Source of the DNA: Deltaproteobacteria bacterium
Lineage (GTDB): Bacteria > SAR324 > NAC60-12
Assembly: GCA_038150265.1 (NCBI GenBank)
Contig: JAYOTF010000054.1
Coordinates: 1 to 14,614, forward strand
Length of the DNA: 14,614 nucleotides
Reading direction: 5' to 3'
Both the position numbers and the translations under genes were made by a program. Of this stretch, positions 9,353 to 14,614 are shown in pieces. The notes beneath the pieces were generated by a model. That model saw only the letters and a list, made by a program, of their open reading frames with translations, ran no database searches and had not been told where the DNA came from. How positions within the stretch are numbered: the stretch's first letter is position 1; each line of letters starts with the position of its first letter.

Positions 9353-9397
9353 GCCTTTTGTCTCAGTCGCCCGGAAATGCAAGGCAGGGTTGCCTCG

Positions 9398-9434
9398 AAA
9401 AAAGGAAAGGAGAGGAGGCGGTTTGCGCCTCCTC
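9398..9434 (-). terminator. Rho-independent terminator
   Basis: Perfect 9-bp stem GAGGAGGCG(9412-20)/CGCCTCCTC(9426-34) with a 5-nt loop, 6 nt past the stop at 9441. Followed on the minus strand by TCCTTTCCTTTTTT. Confidence 0.75.
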
Positions 9435-9440
9435 AGCAGG

Positions 9441-10931
9441 TCACCGGAGGATGTTCTTGAGGGTCTCGATCTTGCGAACCATCTGCCCGTCTCCCGCATA
9501 GCGCTCGGCAAACCGAAGCTGCTGCGTCAACTCGGCACTCAGGTCCGCAGGCAGCAGGCCGTCCTGGCTCTTTTCCAGGATCTGCCGCTGGGCGTTGTCG
9601 ACCACCATGCCCGGAAGCACCTTGAGCAGCACATCGCGCTGCTTGAGGGCCTGAGACAGCTGGGCGTCATTGGAGGCCCGCAGCGACGCATCCTGCAGCG
9701 TCTCCAGCGCCGAGATGTAGGTCTGGATCTTCAGGTGCTCGTCCTTCTGACGCTGCGCCGCGCGGATCTGCTCCACCGCCTGCAGGTAGTAGCGCTCAAA
9801 GTCGCTCTCTTCGCCACTGGACGGGATCACCGAGCGAGGGACATTCAGGGCGGTCGGGGCATCCAGCAGTTGCTGGCGACGCGCCACGCTCTGGTCGGTG
9901 ACGCTGTAGAAGGAGACGATGATCGAGTTCCGGTCCGTGATTTCCACAAACGGAGGCAGCTCAAAGATGTCCGGATTGATCTGCGCCCGCAGGAAGACTC
10001 GCTTCTGGTGCTCCACATCCGTCACCAGCTCAACGTAACGGAGGTACTCCAGCGACCGGAATCCCGGGATCTCCCGAAGCTTCTCCGCATTGGGAATGAC
10101 CACCTGCACATAAAACTGGTTGCGGCGCATCCCGGTTTCCGGATCACGCATGCTCTGCTCCACAACCTGAAACGGGAACATGTCGGCAGTCAGGTCCATT
10201 GGGCGATCAAAGAAGACCTCAATGCCAAAGCGATAGATGTTCCGGAGCTCATCTTCGGTCTGCCGGGGAATCGCCACCATTTCCCGCACCTTGAAGGTCT
10301 TGCTCTGAATGACGTCTCCAGGCAGCGGTTCCGGGCTCAGGGCGCCATTCTGCAGCAGGCGGTAGGCCATCGGGTACGTCAGGACCTCCCGCATGCCGTT
10401 TTCCAGCTCAATCACATACCGGTAGCGGTTGCCCTGGCTATCGGTGGCAAAACGGCTTTCCTCGCCCGGCAGCAGCAGACGGAAGCGGCTCATCGCGAGC
10501 TTGACGCTCCGTCCTTCAAGCATGTCGTGTTCCGGGAACACCTTCGTGTAGAACTTCGCCCGCAGGGCCTCCTTGTGGAACTCGTTCTTGTCAAGAACCG
10601 CAAACTCCGTGCTTTCTGGTGACGGAAAAATGAGGGCCTGGTTTCCGGGAAGCCGAAGCTGGTCCGTCAGGGTCCACTCATAAATCCGGTCCATCAGCCA
10701 GTCCCGGGTCGAGCCATCGTCCAGCAGGGCCTGCAGGTAGTACTCGGTTTCCGTCCGGCTTTTCACAAAGACGGCATTGACGCGGAAGGTCTTGAACTCT
10801 CCGCGGTTCAGAACATTGGCCAGGCGGATGGCGTTTTCGCGACTCGTGTACTTAGGGAAGGCGAGTGCGGTGGTCGTGAAGCCGACCAGAGCCCATCCGA
10901 GTGCCAGCAAGATCAGAAAGCGCTTACTCAA
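9441..10931 (-). CDS. Exported hypothetical protein (signal peptide, central AMIN-like beta domain, helical C-terminus)
   Basis: Long ORF with core-like codon usage, ending at a terminator. Preferred start is TTG at 10931: SD GGGAG just upstream, a TTGAGTAA overlap with the upstream stop, and signal peptide MSKRFLILLALGWALVGFTTTALA. Alternative ATGs at 10946 and 10958. Confidence 0.85.
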   Translation of the reverse strand: MSKRFLILLALGWALVGFTTTALAFPKYTSRENAIRLANVLNRGEFKTFRVNAVFVKSRTETEYYLQALLDDGSTRDWLMDRIYEWTLTDQLRLPGNQALIFPSPESTEFAVLDKNEFHKEALRAKFYTKVFPEHDMLEGRSVKLAMSRFRLLLPGEESRFATDSQGNRYRYVIELENGMREVLTYPMAYRLLQNGALSPEPLPGDVIQSKTFKVREMVAIPRQTEDELRNIYRFGIEVFFDRPMDLTADMFPFQVVEQSMRDPETGMRRNQFYVQVVIPNAEKLREIPGFRSLEYLRYVELVTDVEHQKRVFLRAQINPDIFELPPFVEITDRNSIIVSFYSVTDQSVARRQQLLDAPTALNVPRSVIPSSGEESDFERYYLQAVEQIRAAQRQKDEHLKIQTYISALETLQDASLRASNDAQLSQALKQRDVLLKVLPGMVVDNAQRQILEKSQDGLLPADLSAELTQQLRFAERYAGDGQMVRKIETLKNILR

Positions 10932-11844
10932 AATTTTCTCCCACATAAATTTCCACATCAGTGCCCATCTTATTGGTTCGGCTCAGGGGCATGGGTTCCA
11001 CAACCTGCTCCCCAGGAATCAGCTCAGACAGCGCCAGGGCCGCTTTGAGGAAGTTGGGGCGGAAGTAAATCTTGGTCTTCATCAGGCTCACCTCTTCCCG
11101 GACCGACGAGATGTTGAGGATCTCCAGCTTCATCCCCAGCCGGTCTTCCAGGGCACGGCGCTGCTGACGCTCCAGCAGGATCGCCAGGCGCTGGGCGCTG
11201 CTGACATGCGGGGAAGCATTCAGGATCGACAGGTTCAGCTGCAGGGGCTGCTGATAGGCAAAGAGCGCTGCCACCGGATGCAGCAAGACCGCTTCCCGGG
11301 CACTCAGCCCAGGCTGGGCCAGGCTGGGGAGGGAGCCTTGTTCCACCAGGGAGTTGTCCTCGCTGGCCACCGGAATGTCCGGCGTCTTGCGGGGCACCTC
11401 CACCAGGGCAAATGCCAGCTGCTGGCCGTTCGAGCGCTCCGGATCCACCCGGACCGTTGCTTCCTTCGTGGAGAGGATGTCCAGCTTCACCACAAATTCC
11501 GGAGGCCCCTCTGCGGTTCGGTCAATGCTTTCCTGAATCTGAAACTCGCGAAGCAGCCCCTCTTCCGGAAAGTCCCGAAACTCGCGCTCCGGCAGCAAGA
11601 CGCTGTTGACAAAGGCCTGGGGGATGGTAATGACGCTCCGTTCAAACGCGTCATCGGTCTCAATGCTGATGCGCTCAAACAGGGCGGGGTCAAACTGTCC
11701 CTTGATGGTCAAGTACGACTTGGGGAGCCCAGCGACATACTCCACCTGATCCAGCATGTGCCCAGTCGTCTGGGCCTGGACCAGTGATGCCCCTAGCGTC
11801 AGCCCAATGACTCCTGCGAGAATCCGGGACCAAAAACGTTTCAT
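10924..11844 (-). CDS. Exported protein with C-terminal LytR_C-like domain
   Basis: SD GAGGAG and signal peptide ending VQA. The C-terminus LSILNAS...AQRLA...TKIYF...ALALSELI...DVEIYVGENF matches the LytR_C pattern (VxVLNG...A..L...TxIxY...A..la..l...dv.vivG.df). Confidence 0.8.
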   Translation of the reverse strand: MKRFWSRILAGVIGLTLGASLVQAQTTGHMLDQVEYVAGLPKSYLTIKGQFDPALFERISIETDDAFERSVITIPQAFVNSVLLPEREFRDFPEEGLLREFQIQESIDRTAEGPPEFVVKLDILSTKEATVRVDPERSNGQQLAFALVEVPRKTPDIPVASEDNSLVEQGSLPSLAQPGLSAREAVLLHPVAALFAYQQPLQLNLSILNASPHVSSAQRLAILLERQQRRALEDRLGMKLEILNISSVREEVSLMKTKIYFRPNFLKAALALSELIPGEQVVEPMPLSRTNKMGTDVEIYVGENFE

Positions 11845-11997
11845 TGCAGCGGTTCTCCTCTAAGGCGGAATGTCCTCCGCCAGTTGCCTAATCGTCAGAA
11901 GCAGATGCTCCCTCTCCGCACCGAAATGCAGAAAATGAGCCAGCCCCCTGAAGCCGAGGGGTTCCTCAGAAGGTGAGGCCCCTTGTTCATTTTTTCA

Positions 11998-12025
11998 TTG
12001 ACACTCGCGCTCCAGTTTTTACAAT
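11998..12025 (+). promoter_or_regulatory. sigma70 promoter of the tRNA operon
   Basis: TTGACA(11998-12003)-16 nt-TACAAT(12020-25), with a T-tract upstream and 13 nt before tRNA-Gly. A 16-nt spacer is typical of stable-RNA promoters. Confidence 0.85.
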
Positions 12026-12038
12026 AGTGGTTTGTGTG

Positions 12039-12114
12039 GCGGGAGTAGCTCAGTTGGTAGAGCATCAGCCTTCCAAGCTGAGGGTCGCCGGTTCGAGCCC
12101 GGTTTCCCGCTCCA
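12039..12114 (+). tRNA. tRNA-Gly (TCC)
   Basis: 76 nt. Acceptor GCGGGAG/TTCCCGC, anticodon arm TCAGC-CTTCCAA-GCTGA, T-loop TTCGAGC, U73 discriminator, encoded CCA. Confidence 0.98.
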
Positions 12115-12149
12115 ACGCCTCTGTTGGTCAGCACACACATCCTTCCGAT

Positions 12150-12226
<77 letters not shown>

Positions 12227-12392
12227 TTTTTCTCCCAGCAAAATCAGTGAAAGCAGCCTGCCTCAGTAGGTGATCGTTTCATGCCCTCGGTTTCTCCCAA
12301 CTGGATCCCCACCACTTGAGGAAACTCCTGGACTCCCACGCTTCCTTTTCGCTCTCTAGCGGCCAGTGAGTGCTCCCAGGTTCCGGCTGAGC

Positions 12393-13082
12393 CTACCCCT
12401 CCTTCGTTTCGATTCTCACTTCGCCATATTGCTCAGACTCCCGCTCCGTCACTTCCTTCCAGGGCACCTCCCTCCCCTCTTCCCAGTCCTTTGCTGCCTG
12501 AGTGGGAACCGGCTTGAGCATCTCCGGACGCATGGGGAGCATGCCATGCCCCAGGAAGCGACCAATCAGGATCTCCCTGACATAGTTTGAAGGAGGAACC
12601 CCTACATGCTCAGCCAGTTTCCCCAGGTCTCCCTTCAGCCGCAGGGGAATCCAGACCTTCATTGGTTTGATATTCTTGCCAAGCTCAGGAACCCAGTACG
12701 TCTGGATCCGAACCGGCTTCTGGGGGGAATCAGACCTCAACGAAAATCTGGCACCTGTGTCATAAGCCTGGAAGGGGTCACCAAATTGCTGCCGGATGTA
12801 CTCAAAGGTGTAAAGTCCATAACAGTGGACAATGAGGAAGTTTCGGATCAGCCGGCTCATGGTGGTGCTGTAATCACTGGCAATTTTACGAATTGCCTGC
12901 TCTGCAGCTTCCGGCAGCCAGAACTTCAGCGCCACATCATCAATCGTCAGATCATGGATTTCTCCAAGCTGCTCCTCCAGGTCCTGAAGGCTGAGGGGGC
13001 AATCCACCTTCCCTTGATCACTGGGCGCCCAGTCTGAGCTCTGCTGTGCCTGGGGTCGTTTTCTTCTCAGGAAGGCCCACAT
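12393..13082 (-). CDS. Tandem ribbon-helix-helix DNA-binding protein
   Basis: Has SD GGAG and its own promoter. Residues 50-89 and 139-178 form an ungapped internal repeat with an RHH strand-helix-helix pattern. Confidence 0.75.
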   Translation of the reverse strand: MWAFLRRKRPQAQQSSDWAPSDQGKVDCPLSLQDLEEQLGEIHDLTIDDVALKFWLPEAAEQAIRKIASDYSTTMSRLIRNFLIVHCYGLYTFEYIRQQFGDPFQAYDTGARFSLRSDSPQKPVRIQTYWVPELGKNIKPMKVWIPLRLKGDLGKLAEHVGVPPSNYVREILIGRFLGHGMLPMRPEMLKPVPTQAAKDWEEGREVPWKEVTERESEQYGEVRIETKEG

Positions 13083-13123
13083 GGGTGCTCCGGAAAAAGT
13101 AGGGGAATTTTCAACAGGAGCAG

Positions 13124-13151
13124 ATTATAGCGTATGCTGAAGAAGCCGCAA
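13124..13151 (-). promoter_or_regulatory. sigma70 promoter for the tandem-RHH gene
   Basis: Minus strand TTGCGG-16 nt-TATAAT, about 40 nt upstream of the ATG at 13082. Confidence 0.6.
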
Positions 13152-13218
13152 TGCCGGGGCTGATGTGATACGGCACCTGAGGCATGACGCCCCCTCCACC
13201 TGCTCATGGGAGACCAGG

Positions 13219-13947
13219 ATGACCACCTACTATGTTCAGATCTACCACTGCCCAAAATGTGATGAGTCGTTTGGCCATTTGTCACTGAGCTCCTACTACC
13301 TGGCTGGCAATGCCGATAAAGCAGAGCTGAGGTTCTACCACTCTGAGGTCAGGGCCAGTCAGAAAGTTGATGAGGGAGAGATGAGGTTCTACCACGCTGA
13401 GCTCAACCACAATCAGCACAAGGCCTTCATGATTTGCAAGGCCTGTGGCCAGTGCTCCTGGAAGGGGAACTTCACTGAACTGGATTCGATCGGGTACGGG
13501 GAGTATCAAAGCCTCTCTGATGCGGGGGCTCCTCCGCTCTTTTCTTCCGTTCGTCTCCTCTCCCCCTTCGACTGCGCTCATGATGAGCTGCTGCAGCATT
13601 ATTTCTGGATGACACCGGCTCAAGAGGTCTTCATCAGGACCGCCTCATGGGAGGCCTTCAGGCGTGATTGCGATCAAGGAGAGCCGTTGCCTCCCTTGCA
13701 GGAGGAGAACATCCAATGCCTCTTACCGATGCTGGAAACCCTGGACTCTGAGACCCTCCTGCTGAAAGCCGACCTGCTCAGAGTGATGGGGCAGTTCAAG
13801 GAGTGCCTCACGGTAATGGAACAGGTCCCTGAGGAGGAGTGGGGAGAGCAGATGAAGAAGGTTGAGGAACTGGCAAAAGCCGGCAGCCAGACGATCCTGA
13901 AACGGTCTGGGAGGCACTTGTGGAGGTTGATCAAGCCGATGTTTTGA
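13219..13947 (+). CDS. Hypothetical protein with two CxxC motifs (putative Zn ribbon) and a TPR-like C-terminal hairpin
   Basis: Start refined to the ATG at 13219 (GGGAGACCAGG upstream). Motifs CPKC and CKACGQC, then LLKADLLRVMGQFKECLTVME. Confidence 0.75.
   Translation: MTTYYVQIYHCPKCDESFGHLSLSSYYLAGNADKAELRFYHSEVRASQKVDEGEMRFYHAELNHNQHKAFMICKACGQCSWKGNFTELDSIGYGEYQSLSDAGAPPLFSSVRLLSPFDCAHDELLQHYFWMTPAQEVFIRTASWEAFRRDCDQGEPLPPLQEENIQCLLPMLETLDSETLLLKADLLRVMGQFKECLTVMEQVPEEEWGEQMKKVEELAKAGSQTILKRSGRHLWRLIKPMF
13323..13405 (+). repeat. Intragenic direct repeat, 29 nt, period 54
   Basis: AGAGCTGAGGTTCTACCACTCTGAGGTCA (13323-51) vs AGAGATGAGGTTCTACCACGCTGAGCTCA (13377-405), 26/29 identical. 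Confidence 0.9.
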
Positions 13948-14005
13948 AGGGCCTCAGAGAAGGACACCTGACCTGGAAAGCCGGCTGAGGTGCAGAGCCA
14001 CAGCG

Positions 14006-14179
14006 CTACTCCCTCATCCTCCCGGAAGCAATGAGCCCCCTGTAGAGCATCTCATCAGCGACTGATGATAAGCTCATGCCCTGCTCCTGAGCGATCTGGG
14101 CCAGCTTGTCCCTGACCTGGCCATGAATGGTGACGTTCAGCACCTTCCGGTTGCCTCTGTAAATCTTCCTTGAAAACAT
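14006..14179 (-). CDS. Small CopG/Arc-like ribbon-helix-helix protein, 57 aa (absent from the ORF track)
   Basis: Translation MFSRKIYRGNRKVLNVTIHGQVRDKLAQIAQEQGMSLSSVADEMLYRGLIASGRMRE*, with SD AGGAG 4 nt upstream. Shows the alternating strand VLNVTI, helix A, a G-M-S turn and helix B. Confidence 0.85.
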   Translation of the reverse strand: MFSRKIYRGNRKVLNVTIHGQVRDKLAQIAQEQGMSLSSVADEMLYRGLIASGRMRE

Positions 14180-14214
14180 CTGTCTCCTGACTGTAGTTCT
14201 GTGAAGTGGCTCAA

Positions 14215-14233
14215 TATGTTACATTGTAACATA
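14215..14233. promoter_or_regulatory. Perfect palindromic operator overlapping an extended -10 promoter
   Basis: TATGTTACA-T-TGTAACATA. On the minus strand it contains TG-T-TACAAT (14231-14223), about 45 nt upstream of the small RHH gene. Confidence 0.75.
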
Positions 14234-14614
14234 ATCTGTAGGAGGATTCATAGCATGTTCAGGTGGTGGTTTGGGTCAGTTTCAACCGCAAATTCCTCAA
14301 TGAGTGTGCCTTTTCACCAATAATATCAGTGGTCGTCAATTTGGACCTGGCCTGTATTTTTGCCGTATTTTTTCCAACGTATCCCTTGACAGTGCCTGCT
14401 CTGAGAAGTAGATTCCCTTTTTGAGCACCCTCTGGGGAAGTGTCAACCTTGATGGGAGTAACTGGTTTATGAATTGGAAAGATAGGCTTTGGCAACTGAC
14501 CCTAGTGGTAGTTGGGGCTGGTGCGCTTGGAATTTGCAGTAGTGGAGTAAATAATTCGCAATTTTTTTATCTATAAACCAGCCTAGATAGATTCTGAAAA
14601 ATATAAATTTTCCA

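Larger units (their letters stand above)
12227..14614. mobile_element. Probable left end of a genomic island or integrated element at tRNA-fMet
   Basis: Starts at the tRNA 3' end. GC and CpG both drop, AGG/AGA arginine codons become common, and only hypothetical or RHH genes follow. No integrase or attR in the window. Confidence 0.6.

Noticed and set aside
7837..11787. Long plus-strand ORFs 7837-9174, 9390-10622 and 10777-11787, and similar shorter ones across 129-5531
   Set aside because: All lie antisense to well-supported genes and have no independent coding signals.
13323..13405. Mini-CRISPR interpretation of the 29-nt repeat
   Set aside because: Only two imperfect copies, in frame inside a CDS, with no leader or cas genes.
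14006..14179. Type II toxin-antitoxin operon call
   Set aside because: No adjacent co-directional toxin ORF (RelE/ParE, PIN, HicA, GNAT) is visible in the window.
14224..14251. dif/XerD-like arm (minus strand TTATGTTACAA, 9/11 match to TTATGTTAAAT)
   Set aside because: No XerC-like arm lies across a 6-nt spacer (ATGAATCCTCC). The sequence is better explained as half of the 9-1-9 palindrome.
14259..14495. 78-aa minus-strand ORF
   Set aside because: TTG start two codons after an in-frame stop, no SD and no recognisable motif. It could be a pseudogene fragment but I cannot support that.

Overview
Bacterial chromosome segment. The core part is high-GC (about 60%); a marine deltaproteobacterial or SAR324-like origin is my impression only and is not tested. 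Positions 1-11844 hold ten co-directional minus-strand genes. Reading 5'->3' they are: an exported LytR_C-domain protein, a coupled exported hypothetical protein, a terminator, a cyclophilin+2x parvulin PPIase, a CinA-like Moco-binding-fold protein, gpmI, ugd, a DUF2322-like/DapD fusion, a KdsD/KpsF-type isomerase, glpK, and rfbA (truncated by the window edge). A sigma70 promoter drives a divergent tRNA-Gly(TCC)/tRNA-fMet(CAT) pair. Immediately after tRNA-fMet the composition changes (lower GC, clear CpG depletion), suggesting the left end of an element integrated at the tRNA. This region encodes a single-chain tandem ribbon-helix-helix (RHH) protein and a CxxC/TPR-like protein with an internal 54-nt-period duplication. 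It also encodes a 57-aa RHH protein missed by the ORF track, whose promoter is covered by a perfect 9-1-9 palindrome. Most notable: the RHH-rich island module, the DUF2322-DapD fusion with a divergent active site, the cyclophilin-parvulin fusion, and the coupled pair of AMIN-like envelope proteins. All assignments come from motif recognition by eye; no searches were run.
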